Notes under the pieces: model-generated | What the model was told of the DNA's origin: nothing | The model's database searches: none | What the model saw: the letters and a program-made list of their open reading frames with translations, nothing else | Assembly (NCBI GenBank): GCA_964016885.1 | Contig: OZ024744.1 | Span: 90,210,001-90,274,000 of the forward strand | DNA: 64,000 bases | Reading direction: 5' to 3' | Source of the DNA: Eledone cirrhosa | Lineage: Eukaryota | Program-made: the position numbers and the translations under genes | Part shown: piece by piece, positions 27,829 through 40,232 of the stretch | How the letters are laid out: every line of letters starts with the position of its first letter | How positions within the stretch are numbered: the first letter of the stretch is position 1

Positions 27829-28111
27829 TTGTGATTGTTGTTTTAACATCTACCTTCCCTGCTATCAAGGCTTGGACGGGACTGCACAGACCAAATCAGT
27901 TGTGAATTAGGGCCACTGATCTCCCAAACAGATCAAGGATCTATGTATTTGTATACTATGTGTATCCCATATCCTTGCTTGTCATAAGGGTTGGCATCAG
28001 AAAGCGCATCTGGCTGTAAAACATTGTGTCAAAACATCCCATCCCATCCAAACCCAAACCATCATGGTAAAGTAAATGTAGGAATGATGATGATGTATAT
28101 ATTTTCTGCAG

Positions 28112-28196
28112 GTAGAGTCTGCTGAGGAGGAACCAAAAGCAGCAGACCATAGTGCTCCCCACACCGAAGATGTAGAAGATGAGACTGAAACAAGTG
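28112..28196 (+). CDS. TANGO1: TANGO1/MIA3-like gene, exon B (acidic luminal region)
   Basis: ttttctgcag acceptor, gtaagt donor, 85 nt, phase 0-1; VESAEEEPKAADHSAPHTEDVEDETETS. Confidence 0.8.
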
Positions 28197-29895
28197 GTAA
28201 GTGGTGGTTGTTAAAGAGAGAGAAATATGTGTGTGTGTATGTGTAGGGTGTCCCCCAAAAATGTATACTCACTTCAACACCATTCTAATAAATATTGCCT
28301 GTACAGGTAATGAAAGTATGTATATATTTGGGGGGGGGGGGACACTCTATATATATCCATACAATAAGCATGGAAATTTTATGTTTGTCTTGAAACAATG
28401 TTGCCATTTCTCAACAAATCCTAGAATAATTCACAATCAAAATCAATCCTGTGTGTAGGGTTCTTGTCAAGTCAAACAGGGAAGATACAAGAAATGAGAC
28501 GGAGAAAACTGAAGGTTCTAATGGAATGAGAAGTGGGAGGTAAAGAAATATCAAACTCATTGTGTTTTTCTTTCTCCATCAAACTATCCTTAAGTTTTAT
28601 CTCTTTCAGTCTCTTCAATTTGTTATAGTTGCTAATTTCTGTCATGTAGTTAATCTAATTAGCAGTAAATTTGGTATTCCAAAAGAATAGTAACCAAATT
28701 TGAATGATGTGGAAAATGTTTAGAGAACACAGTCGTGAAACATGGGCAATAAATGCAGAGGATTTGTGAAAGCTAAGAAGAAATGAATTGAGCATTTTCT
28801 TGTGTAATTAGTGTGCAGAAATATCAAACATAGATATGTGATGCATATGAAGGATGACAACTAGATAAAGAAGTACCAAGCAATCAAACCGGAATGATTA
28901 TATGGAAGTGGAAGAAGGAGTACATGGGAAAGGTGGTAATATCTTGTCTCAAAAAGCTGACCTCCCAGACAGGCCAAGATGTCTGCATCCCACTTTCATA
29001 CAGTCCTGCATTCTATCGAATGCAAAGGAGAAGTTGTCATCTCTTGACACAAACTGAACAGTACTTCGAACCCTAGTTTGGCAAGTTTTCTCTGGCCAGA
29101 TGCCCTTCCTAATACCAACCACTTTACAGTGTGTACTGGGTATTTTTATCATGTAGATCAGCAACACTAGAGAGGTTATCGTACCCTAGACTTGACAGAA
29201 GGGTCCTCCCAACCCTTTGTTTGGCAAGCTTTCTATGACTGGATGCCCTTCCTAACACTAACCACTTTACAGCATGTATTGAGTCTGTTTATCATGTAGA
29301 TCACCAACACTAGAGAGGTTGTTGTGTCCTCGACACAACTCTCTAGAGACGTTGTTGGTCATAGACCCAACTGTAGAGCCCTCTCTGCTACAGGGAGAAG
29401 ACAATAGGGGAGGGAGATAGGTTTGAAGTTATAGGTGTATGTAGTGATTTGGTAGGGCGATGTGTAATGGGTAGGCGTAGCTGATTATTGTGTGGGGAGA
29501 GGAGGGATATGTGTGTGTTAAACAATGAAGGATTGAGAAATAAAAATGTTTTTTTTTCTCATTCTTTTATTGTCTAACATTATAGATATTAAATCTTGTA
29601 CTTCTGAATAGTCAACTACATGGATGAAAATATCTTTCCACAAAAAAAAAAAAAAAAAAAAACCGAACCAAAACATATTTCACTCTTCTTCAATAGGATA
29701 TTCACATCAGCACTACACAGAGTTCTAAAATGGTTATAAATCCTACCCTGACACTAGGTAGAACAACACTTGTATGTGTCTGTGTATTTCTCTAAAATGA
29801 ATGACTAAACACAGACTAGATTCCTCTTCTAAGAAATGTTTTTTCCATTTCCTCTTGCCCTCATCTATCTTTCTGTTTCTTTTTATCTCTCATTC

Positions 29896-29935
29896 TATCT
29901 TCTGATGAAAGACTAGTGTCTGAAACGTTTAGACA
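29896..29935 (+). ncRNA. Minimal hammerhead-like motif (PLE terminal-repeat relic)
   Basis: CTGATGA-a-agac.tagt.gtct-GAAAC-GTT; stem I weak. Confidence 0.4.
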
Positions 29936-30042
29936 CTTTTCCTACTATATCAAGCACTAAACTAATATATATCGTCATTGTACATTATCATTTTCCTGCA
30001 TTGTTTAACTGTTTAGTTTTTGCATATATATATATATATATA

Positions 30043-31615
30043 TACGTGGGAAAGTGAAAAATCGGAGAATAGACCGTTAAAACATGTTTATTTAAAATAT
30101 CACCTACGTACGTTTCGCCCAGTTGGGCTTCTCAAGGGCATAAATAATCTTAACACACATAAGAGCGATCACTTAGATGGAACCACCCGTAGCAAAAGTA
30201 CAAGGACACGTAATCGCCACCGTAACGTCCTATGGTTCCACCCCCCCTACTCTCGAAGTGTGGCCTCCAACATACCCCGGATATTCTTCGAAGCCTTAGA
30301 GAAGAACTTCCCACCCAACCATAGGTATAGAAAAATTCTTAATAGGAACAATATAAAAATATCCTTCTCTACTACTCCTAACCTAGCAGACATCATAGGA
30401 ACAACGAACCACAGTAAGATCACCAAGACACAGCACCTCGACGCAGACGCACCTACACCTGACAATAACTGTATCGGCCTTAACAACTCCCTGACAGCAT
30501 CCAATAGTGTTGGCAACGGCATCCGCAGACGCAACCAGAATGACCGCGAAGTGCCCGTGCTGTGGGTTGTAATTGTGCTAACGACAGCTGCGGTAGCGCA
30601 GCTAGCAACGTAGGCAGCAACAATGATAGCCTTATCGTGGGAAATAGACGGAACTGCGACAGAAATTGCAACTGCCGCGACAGAGGACGATGCCCCCTTA
30701 GAGGATACTGCTTGACCGATAGGGTTATATATAGATGCACTATTACTAGCCACAATAGCGTTAAACATTATATAGGGGCCACCTCCGGCCCGTTCAAAAT
30801 TAGGTTTCGAACACATCTCCACTCTTTCACAAATAGAAAACTAAGGCACTCCACCTCGCTCGCGGACTACATCACATCACTAAAGGACTTAAACGTTAGC
30901 TTCTCCACGCACTGGGAGATTGTCGGCAGGGCTGCACCGTACAACTTCAAGAGGAAATGCGATCTTTGCCTCATGGAGCTCTACCACATCATAACTGCAC
31001 CCCACGAGCTCATCAACAGCAGAGCTGAAACAGCGATAAGTTGTACACATCGCTTAAAAATATCCTTCTTTAGATGGGTTAAGAATGAAGAGTGAAATAG
31101 TACACTGGATCTCCCTGCAACAAGTCTTAACACCCCGGCGGGCAGGCGCAGCAAAATAACACCCAGAAAACAATCCTTGCATACCAGACCCAGCCTCAGA
31201 CAAACGGGGAAAAAAAAAAAAAAAAAAATTATCCGGGAAAGACTGCCCTAACACCGGCCAGAGTTACCTCCCTTGACCTGCTGCAAAATCAAAACAAGAT
31301 ATTTTTGCGAGCAATGAATCTTGATGTGGATTTAACCCCCAAAACTCTTTCCGAACTATATAAGGAACACTTGTGATTATTTATGCCCTTGAGAAGCCCA
31401 ACTGGGCGAAACGTACGTAGGTGATATTTTAAATAAACATGTTTTAACGGTCTATTCTCCGATTTTTCACTTTCCCACGTGCTTACGCTCTGTTAAATAT
31501 TAACACTTCGAATATTTAATACTGCCGGCACTAGTATCGAGCACCTTTGGCATACGCTACTTGGCAAATAACTATATGTATCACCTATCCCTCCTTTTTC
31601 TCTCTTTCTCGATAC
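30043..31615 (+). mobile_element. Penelope-like element, 5'-truncated, GIY-YIG region, with inverted 5' terminal repeat
   Basis: WFHPPYS..NRNNIKISFS; CNCR..CPLRGYCL..VIYRC..YIGATSGPFKIRFRTH..KCDLC. 30044-30149 is the reverse complement of 31375-31480. Confidence 0.88.
31383..31425 (+). ncRNA. Minimal hammerhead variant (U3-A8 core) in PLE terminal repeat; mirror copy at ~30098-30140 minus
   Basis: TTGAGAA-gccc.aact.gggc-GAAA-c.gtac.G-TA-gg; palindromic stem III; stem I only about 2 bp. Confidence 0.5.
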
Positions 31616-31651
31616 GTAAATACTATATATATATATATATATGTAGCTATT

Positions 31652-31706
<55 letters not shown>

Positions 31707-31711
<5 letters not shown>

Positions 31712-32036
31712 TGGCTTAGTGGTTAGAGCATTGGCCTTGCAATCGAAAGGTTGTGAGTTCAATTCTCAGACTGGGTGATGTGTGGTTTCCTTGAGCAAGA
31801 CACTTTATTTCACATTGCTCCAGTTTACTCAGCTGTAGAAATGAGATGATAGGGACTGGGGTCCCTATCATTCTACTGCAAAGTGGTCGTGGAGGTGCCA
31901 CGGCAAAAAAGCACCCAGCACTCACTGTAAATGGTGTTGGGAAGGGCATCCAGCTGTAGAAATCAAGCCAAAATCAGTTCCCGTCCCACCCTTGCAAGGA
32001 GGGAAAAGCAGACGTAAAATGAAATGATGATGATGA
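31707..32036 (+). mobile_element. tRNA-derived SINE (RTE-tailed family)
   Basis: A box TGGCTTAGTGG, B box GAGTTCAATTC, central ccttgagcaagacactttatttcac domain, RTE-type 3' end, (GAT)n. Confidence 0.88.
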
Positions 32037-32101
32037 TATATATATATGCAAGTGAAGAAAAACAAACATAAAAATGATGATATGTGTGTGTGTGTATATA
32101 T

Positions 32102-32490
32102 ATCATCATCATCACCGTTTTACGTCCATTCTTCCACGCTAGCATCGGTTAGAAGGGTTGTCCTGTTGTGGGCAGTGTCCGGTCGGCTGACCTTGTCTTG
32201 CTCATACGGCAACTGATTCTGGCTTGATTTCTACAGCTGGATACCCTTCCTAACACCAACCTCATTTACAGTAAGTGCTGGGTGCTTTTTTGCCGTGGCA
32301 CCTCCACGACCACTCTGCAGTGGAATGATAGGGACCCCAGTCCCTATCATCTCATTTCTACAGCTGAGTAAACTGGAGCAATGTGAAATAAAGTGTCTTG
32401 CTCAAGGACACAACACATCACCCGGTCCAAGAATTGAACTCACAACCTTTCAATTGCAAGCCCAATGCTCTAACCACTAAGCCATGTGCC
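32102..32490 (-). mobile_element. tRNA-derived SINE (RTE-tailed family, family-B tail)
   Basis: Reverse complement of the preceding SINE; tail matches 5760-5913. Confidence 0.88.
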
Positions 32491-32524
32491 TTATGTATAT
32501 ATATAAATGTATTTATCTTTCTAG

Positions 32525-32586
32525 CTGAAGACAATGAACACTCTCCTGCCATTGCCACAACCTCCAGCAGTAGCCAGTCTACGCAA
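32525..32586 (+). CDS. TANGO1: TANGO1/MIA3-like gene, exon C
   Basis: tctttctag acceptor, gtgagt donor, 62 nt, phase 1-0; (A)EDNEHSPAIATTSSSSQSTQ. Confidence 0.75.
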
Positions 32587-33224
32587 GTGAGTTACTTTTG
32601 GGCTTCTCTCTATTCCCCCACCCCCATTTCTTCTATATCTGGAATAGATAAATGGCACTCAGTAGTAGCAGTGATATTACCCTAGCATTATGGTCAGCAT
32701 ACTAGCCATGGTGTGTTGATGCAACCTTCGGCAAATGTTCTCTACTGTTCACTTTATGCTATCCACTTTCATGTGTCTATTTTATTATTTTTATTTATAT
32801 ACTAGAATTATTTTCCATATGCTGATGTGTATATGTGTGTGCGAGTGTGTGTGTATGTATGTATGTGCATATGCATACATTTATATGTATGAGCATATAA
32901 ATATAAACGCGCAAACACAGTCACACTTACAAAAATACACACTCACAGACGTACATTCACACAAACACACACATACATTTACACAAACACACACATACAC
33001 TCACACACAGCTTAGATTTTTCACCATCCTCTTCCTTCCTTTTACACACACATACATTCACGCAGGCAGCAGATGTAAAGTGAGAGGAGTAGTATGAGGT
33101 AGTCAAACTACTCTCTCTTTATGTGTTGTGACAGAATCGCAGAAATTTATATAAAGATTATTAATATTTTGTTTATTTGTTACTAGAGCGTGACCTGTCA
33201 TATGACAGATGAGCATGCACAGCA

Positions 33225-33803
33225 TAGGGCTTACATTGTTGGCCTCATGGACTCATGGTCATAAGGTTGTGGGTTTGATTTCTGAACTGGGTGGCACATC
33301 ATCCTCTTGAGCAAGACATTTCATTTCTTGCTATAAAGTGATCGTGTAGGTGTCTTGGCAAAAAGCACCCAGTGCACACTGTAAAGTGGTCACGTAGGTG
33401 TCACGTCAAAAAAACACCTAGTTCACACTGTAAAGTGGTCATGTAGCTGTCATGACAAAAAGCACCCAGTCCACACTGTAAAGTGGTCGTGTAGGTGTCA
33501 CGATAAAAAACACCCAGCACACACTGTAAAGTGATCATGTAGATGTCACAACAAAAAGCACCCAGTCCACACTGTAAAGTGGTCGTGTAGGTGTCACAAC
33601 AAAAAGCACCCAGCACACACTGTAAAGTGGTCATGTAGATGTCACGACAAAAAGCATCCAGCTGTAGAAACCAAGCCCAAATCAGTTCTGTACGAGCAAG
33701 ACATGGTTACCTGACTTGGCATTTCTCACAACAAGACAACTTGTCTAACCCATGCTAGAATGGAAGAATGGACATAAAATGGTAATAATGATGATGATGA
33801 TGA
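33225..33803 (+). mobile_element. SINE with ~7 internal copies of a 48-bp unit (33333-33660)
   Basis: Degenerate tRNA head; unit ctgtaaagtggtcgtgtaggtgtcacgacaaaaagcacccagcacaca; RTE-like tail. Confidence 0.75.
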
Positions 33804-33989
33804 TTGCTTTTCATTATAGGACAAGTGTTTCAATCATTAAAATACCCCCCCCCCCCATTCCCCCCCAATCTAATTGGAAGCCATCTAAAAGCTACATTGA
33901 TGTGAGCTGTAAATGTCATTTCATAACTTTGGGAGCATACTTTTGCTACTGTGGCCAAGTAAGATCAATGTAATGTTATATAAGTAAAG

Positions 33990-34325
33990 TAATTAACCAT
34001 CTTTCCAACAACAACTCTGTGTACATTTTTGAATTTAACACCTGTGGGCATGCTTACAAAATCAGAAAACAGTACGGCTGCCATGGCTTTTGGAAACATT
34101 CTTTCATGCTCAGAGTTGCTGAAGCATAGAACAAACTACTACCTGCATCAGTTGTTAGCTGTTGGGACACTGCATCCTTTAAAACCTCCATGCTTCCTTA
34201 AATTCGCCAACACCACACCTGATACCCCCCCTCCATACACGTGTGTGTGTGTGTGTCTGTGTGTATATCACAACTTATACACTGTTCCCTTACCTGACAT
34301 TTGTACATTATTCTATGTACTATAC
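33990..34325 (+). pseudogene. CR1-like LINE 3' fragment
   Basis: Paralogous to 36870-37260. Confidence 0.65.
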
Positions 34326-34941
34326 TGGCAGTATCAGTAGAGCGTCGGATACCATGCTTAGCAGCATAGAGTTACAGCCTGAGTTCAAATCTCGCCAAGA
34401 TTAACTTTGCCTTTCATCCCTACGGGGTCGATAAAATAAAGTACCAGTCACGCACTGGGGTCGATTTAATCGAATTTCCCCTCCCTCAAAATTGCTGGCC
34501 TTGTGCCTATATAAGAAACCATTATTATTATTATGGCCCTGTGCCAATAGTAGAAACAATTATTATTATTGCGGCCCTTTGTGATCTGAGTTTAAATCCC
34601 GCCGAAGTTAACTTTGCCTTTCAACCTTACGTGGTCGATAAAATAAAGTACCAGTAATACACTGGGATAATTGCTGGCCTTGTGCCAAAAGTAGAAACAA
34701 TTATTATTATCATTATTATGAGGGCGGTAAATTAGCAGTATCTTTAAAGTGTCAGACAATATGCTTTATGGCATAGGATTACGGCGCTTTACAATCTGAG
34801 TTCAAATCCCACCGAGGTTAGCTTTGCATTTCATCCTTAAGGGGATCAGTAATGCACTGGGGTTGATTTAATTGATTTCCCCTCCCAAAAATTGCTGGCC
34901 TTGTGCCTAAAGTAGAAAGAATTATTATTATTATTATTATT
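34326..34941 (+). mobile_element. Cluster of three (ATT)n-tailed tRNA-SINEs
   Basis: tggcagtatc..gagttcaaatccc..gttaactttgcctttcatcc..gtcgataaaataaagtaccagt..ttgctggccttgtgcc..(ATT)n. Confidence 0.85.
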
Positions 34942-35144
34942 GTTTTATAGTATTTATACAAAATATGAAAAAAATAATAATAATTTGGAAAATAAGAAGA
35001 AATAGCTCATTCTTCATTTGTGTATATAAAAAAATAGATTATTTTCTCATAATGGTGTTCATATTTTTGTTTGTTTCACTGTTATGTGTTCATTTTCTGC
35101 TCAATTATCATGCAACCAGTTTGAGGTATTCACTCTATTGGTGT

Positions 35145-35580
35145 CTTCATTTCTATTAATAAGATTGTCATGTCCTCGACATGACTGACGAGTCCTCTCA
35201 ATTCTTAGTTTGGCCTGGTTTCTACAGCTTGATGCCAGTCCTAATGCCAACAGCTTCACAGAGTGTGCTGGCTGCATTTTATCATGGCATTAGTACTAAT
35301 GAGATTGGCCTGTCCTTAACATGACTGAAGAGTCCTCTCAATTCTTACTTTGGCATAGTTTCTATAGATTCATGCCATTCTTAATGCCAACAGCTTTACA
35401 GAGTGTACCAAGTGCATTTTATCATGGTACCAGCACTAATGAGATTGTCATGTCCTTGACATGACTAATGAATCCTCTCAATTCTTTGTTTGGTATAGTT
35501 TCTTTCACCTAATATCTTTCCTAATGCCAACAACTTTACAGAGTACTGGGTGCATTTTATCAAAGTACCAGCAGTAATTT
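35145..35580. repeat. ~145-bp tandem repeat x3 (degenerate SINE/LINE-tail module)
   Basis: Repeated gagattgtcatgtccttgacatgactga..tcctctcaattctt..gtttcta..ctaatgccaacagctttacagagt. Confidence 0.7.
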
Positions 35581-36313
35581 GCAATTATTTCATTATTTAC
35601 TGTTTCCTGTTCATTTCTTTTGTTGTCCAACTCTAAGGATTGTACTTTCAAGGTATCACTTCTTTGTCTTATGTCTGTATTTGTCTTGCGTTTGTCTTTC
35701 TTCATATTTTGTGGAGGAAAAGTACCAAGTTTGCATAGTAAGTCACTCTTTCATGTTTGCAACCTCTTTGTCTGCAAGTCACGAATACCAGCATATCACA
35801 TTTCTATTTGAAAAGGGTTAAACCCTTTTGACACTAAACCATCTAAAACTGCACCTGGTTCTATGAAACAGAACCATCCATTTTAAAGCGTTCCTATTTA
35901 AATTAAATTCTTCCAATGTAACTTTATATACGTGTCATATATTAAGTTTCTATCTTAGTAATGCAAAATTTATCTCAGTAAATCCCACAAATGTTTCATT
36001 AATTAATTGAAATAGTGTATTTTAATAGTGTTTATAAGTATCTAAAAACTGTCCATCATAATTTTATTTAAGAACTTTTTTTTTAATTACTTGGAAATCA
36101 TTGGCAGTGTCTTTCATTAGAAATATGGGAAATATGGTAAGGAAAGGGTTAAGAATGCTATTATTTCATTTTCTGTCTTCTGATCTCATTCCATCTCTGT
36201 TCTTTCTATCTTTTCTGTGTGTTTTCCATCACCCACAACAATCACAAGTACACATTTTCTCCTCCCACCTAACAGAATACTCTGTTTAACATTTTGGCAA
36301 TGTCTTCTTGTAG

Positions 36314-36419
36314 GAGGAGAAAGCTAAACAGGGAGAGAGGTCTCCAGACCAAAGGGGACAGGTTGAGGATGAAACGGAAATCTCTGAAGACAACGATGGG
36401 GACACTAATGAAGACAAAG
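36314..36419 (+). CDS. TANGO1: TANGO1/MIA3-like gene, exon D
   Basis: tcttcttgtag acceptor, gttagt donor, 106 nt, phase 0-1; EEKAKQGERSPDQRGQVEDETEISEDNDGDTNEDK. Confidence 0.8.
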
Positions 36420-36719
36420 GTTAGTGTTCTTTTGAATGTCTCGCTCCCTTTCAACATGATACATTTATCCTTGTTCTCTTCATACTTTGGTTTTTCTCTC
36501 TTCTATCTGGCATATTTCTCTGTTGTATATTTTTTTGTTACATCTGGTGTCTATTATCTTTAGCGTCTCTGTTTTATTATTATTTTTGTGTGTATGCATG
36601 TCCCCTCTTGTGTCTACTTCTTCCTTTTTATCTGTTTGTCTATTCTGTTCAACTTCTGTCTTTTGGCTTCATATCCAGCATCCAATCCAATTCCTTCTTA
36701 CTCCTGATGGAGGAACCCC

Positions 36720-37530
36720 TCCCTGATCTCCTGGAAACTGTTCAGAGAAGTGCAACCAAACAAATACCATCCATCAAGCATCTACCATATTCTGAATGCC
36801 TTTCTTCCCTGGGCATGGATACATTAAAGCACCAATGTCTGGCAACCAAATTGGTAGACACCCACAAGATTATTAACCATCTTTCCAACAACAGCCCTGA
36901 GCACCTTTTTCAATTCCATGTGTCTAACACCCGTGGACATGCCTACACAATCAGAAAACAGTACAGCTCCCATGACTTTTGGAAACATTTTTATTCATGC
37001 TCAGATTTGCTGAAGCATGGAACAAACTACTACCTGCATCAGTTGTTAGCTGTCCGGACACTGCATCCTTCAAAACTTCAATGCTTCCCCAAATTTGCCA
37101 ACACTACACCTGATATTCCCCCTCTATCCACATGCATGCATGCATGTGTGTGTGTGTGTATGTGTGTGTGTGCCTGTATGTGTGGTGTGTATGTGTCTGT
37201 GTGTATATCATGACTCATACACTGTTCACTTTCCTGACATTTGTACATTATTCTATGTTCTATGTGTTTGGGGCGGTGGATTGGCAGTATCGGTAGAGCA
37301 TCAGATACCATGCTTTGCAGCATAGAGTTATGGACCTTTACATTCTAAATTCAAATTCCGCCAAGGTTAACTTTGCCTTTCATCCTTACAGGGTCGATAA
37401 AATAAAAACACCAGTAATACACTGGGATAATTGCTAGCCTTGTGCCAAAAAGTAGAAGCAATTATTCTATGTACAATACATGCACCTTTGATGAGTTGTA
37501 GTGCATCTGAGCACTGTACACAATAATTTT
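36720..37530 (+). pseudogene. CR1-like LINE 3' end with nested SINE (37270-37462)
   Basis: LETVQRSATKQIPSIKHLPYSECL..THKII..NTRGH, the CR1 C-terminal signature. Confidence 0.8.
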
Positions 37531-37587
37531 CATTTTGGTATATTGTGGTTTATGTCTTCTACTGTCATTATTTGTCTACTCCCTCAA

Positions 37588-37786
37588 GGGGCGGTGGATT
37601 GGCAGTATCGGTAGAGGGTCGGACGCCATGCTTTGACGCATAGAGGTACGGCCCTTGCCATTCTGAGTTCAAATCCCGCCGAGGTTAACTATTGCCTTTC
37701 ATCCTTATGGGGTCGATAAAATAAAGTACCAGTAATACACTAGGTAATTAATTGCTGTCCTTGTGCCAAAAGTAGAAACAATTATT
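37588..37786 (+). mobile_element. (ATT)n-tailed tRNA-SINE, full length
   Basis: ggggcggtggattggcagtatcggtaga..gagttcaaatcccgcc..tail. Confidence 0.85.
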
Positions 37787-38289
37787 TGTCTACTCCTGTT
37801 TTATCCTTATCTCTTGTCTTCTTTCAACTTATGTCTACTCAGTCTACTCTTTACTTGTGTTTTTCTGTCTATGTATATATTTCATCTTATATTGTCACCT
37901 CTCTACTTCATATTCTTTCAATAGTTATGTTTCTTCTATCTATGTGTGTTGTGTATTTGATGTTAATCATTCTGTCTTCTATTAACATTCAATGCATCAT
38001 CATCATCATCATCATTCAATGTCTATCTTCCAAGCTAGCATGGGTTAGATGGTAAGTGTCCCACTTGAGGCAAGATTGTTTGGGTGACCGTGTCTCACTC
38101 GTATAGGACTATGTGGCAGGTTTTCTACGGCTGGATGCCCTTCCTAACACCAACCACATTTACAGTGTGGGTCTGGGTGCTCATTGTTGTGACACCGACA
38201 CAGTGGACGGAAATGGGAGGATGAGGTAGGGTGTATATTGGGTTAAGAGGTGCCTACTGACTAGGTTTGTATGCAAGGGAATGCACTCA

Positions 38290-38630
38290 AACAAAATCAA
38301 TTAAAAAGTAAATCCTATTAAGGAAGGCAGCAACATAGAATTGATAAATGTGTCCAAACACGGAAGAGCCGAACTTCCACTGTCATCACCTCCACCTCTC
38401 TTGCCCTCCCCATCTCTCTGTATTGTGAGCAAATGGGGTCCCACGTACTGGCCGCCCCACAGCCCCAACAGACAGAATGGAGAAAGCGTTTCCCCGGAGG
38501 ATGGTAAGGGAGATGCGCTGGAAGAGCCATTCCATCTCCCGGGGCTCACACCTGCGGCTGGCCAGCTCAGCGCCTATGGTGGTGAATAGGGAGGTAGCCC
38601 TAGGGCCAAGGACACCAGAGGTCTCCACTC
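38290..38630 (-). pseudogene. CRE-clade non-LTR retrotransposon 3' fragment (end of REL endonuclease)
   Basis: ETSGVLGPRA..WLFQRISLTILRGNAFSIL matches the CRE-type ETxG..QRxSxxxxRGNA motif. Confidence 0.75.
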
Positions 38631-38863
38631 CTCTATTCTATCTGTTACTATTTTCGTTTTTTTTCTTCTTTTTTTTCTGCCCCGGCTGAGCTAAACATGG
38701 TCCTTTGACCTGATTCTCTGCCTAAGGGTCTACCTGTTCTACCCATGCTAGCATGGAAGATGGACGTTAAACGATGATGATGTGTCTCTGTCTGTCTGTC
38801 TGATTTTTATACTGATTTTTTTTTCTGCCACCTATGTCTGTATTCTTAGTAGGAATTAAGATG

Positions 38864-39190
38864 CTTCTTCTTCTTCTTCTTCTTCTTCTTCTTCTTCTTC
38901 TTCTTCTTCTTCTTCTTCTTCTTCTTCTTCTTCTTCTTCTTCTTCTTCTTTACCTTCTCCTTCTTTACTTTCTTCTTCTTCTTCTTATTATTATTATTAT
39001 TATTTTTTTTTTAATTTTTATTTTTATTTTTCTTCTTTTTCTTCTTGGCCTTCCTCCTCCTCCCTCTCCTCCTCTTCTTTGCCTTCTTCTTTGCCTTCTT
39101 CTTCTTTGCCTTCTTCTTCTTCTTTGGCTTCTTCTTCACCTTCTTCTTCTTTGGCTTCTCCCCTTCTTTTTTTCTTTTTCCCTTTCTTAT
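38864..39190. repeat. (CTT)n microsatellite and long pyrimidine-rich tract
   Basis: About 29 perfect CTT units followed by degenerate CTT/CCT. Confidence 0.95.
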
Positions 39191-39266
39191 TCACTCTTTT
39201 GTGTTGTCTGCTATTTTCCATTGTTTCCTTTAACTTTTTCTCTCCACATTATTATTTTTTTTTCAG

Positions 39267-39332
39267 GAACTTTAACAAAAGATGAAATGATTGAGAAATC
39301 TGTTGATAAAATAATTGCAGCCTATGGACAAG
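39267..39332 (+). CDS. TANGO1: TANGO1/MIA3-like gene, exon E
   Basis: ttttttttcag acceptor, gtatgt donor, 66 nt, phase 1-1; (G)TLTKDEMIEKSVDKIIAAYGQ. Confidence 0.8.
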
Positions 39333-40232
39333 GTATGTATCTTTTCATGGGCATAGTACATGAGTAACGTACTCACTCACCGCTAAGTTAGCAGTACCTA
39401 AAAGTGAATTGTTTTTTTATTCAATCTTCCTTTCTGTCTTCTTCATTTCATTTGACTCTTGCATTTTTTTTCTTCTTTTCCTTGTCTGTCTTCATTTATC
39501 AGTGTGTCTTTTATTTATTCATTATCATCATCGGTAAACAGATGTTTTCCCTGCTAGCAAGGGTTGGACTCGTCACAGTGCCCTGTACACAAGCAGAACC
39601 ACAGAGCTCCATGTTGGGCCAGAGGCACACATCCTGCTATTGTTATTTTATTTTATTTTATTTTTTATTTTTGTTGCTATGTATGTATTCTTGGTTTTTG
39701 GAATTGTTACACTGTGACCTTACTTGTCATAAGAGGTGACTGAGAGAAAAGGCTGACACCAGGAATGGTATCTGACTGTAAAGCAATGCCTAAAAAAATC
39801 CCATCCAACCCATGTCAGCATGTGAAAGGTCGATAAAAAAAAAAGTACCAGTAATGTACTGGGTTATTGCTGGCCTTGTGCCAAAAGTAGAAACAATTAT
39901 TATTACTATTATAGTATCAGTAGAGGGTCGGACGCCATGCTTTGCAACATCGTGTTACGGCCCTTTACGTTCTGAGTTCAAATCCTGCCGAAGTTAACTT
40001 TGCCTTTCACCCTTACGGGGGTCTTTAATTTAAAGTACCAGTAATGCACTGGGGTAATTGCTGGCCTTGTGCCAAAAGTAGAAATAATTATTATTATATT
40101 CCCCTACCCACCAAATTGCTGGTCTTGTGCCCATAATAGAAAAAATCTTTACACACAAAACCCACATCGTACTGTCCTGTGTCGTCTGTAATGTTTTTCT
40201 TGATGTCAGCTCTTGTGGCCAATAAAGAAATC

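Noticed and set aside
30541-30543. In-frame TGA upstream of the PLE endonuclease ORF as selenocysteine
   Set aside because: That frame has a TAG shortly upstream and the conserved upstream motifs are in another frame; a frameshift explains it.
31707-31780. tRNA gene
   Set aside because: A/B boxes are present but continue into a SINE body; multiple diverged copies; no proper acceptor stem.
33333-33660. 48-bp repeat array as possible CRISPR
   Set aside because: No unique spacers; the unit is a LINE-UTR/SINE module; no cas genes.
38834-39266. Poly-Leu membrane protein ORF / poly-Glu antisense ORF
   Set aside because: (CTT)n microsatellite in an intron; only 39267-39332 has splice signals and phase fit.
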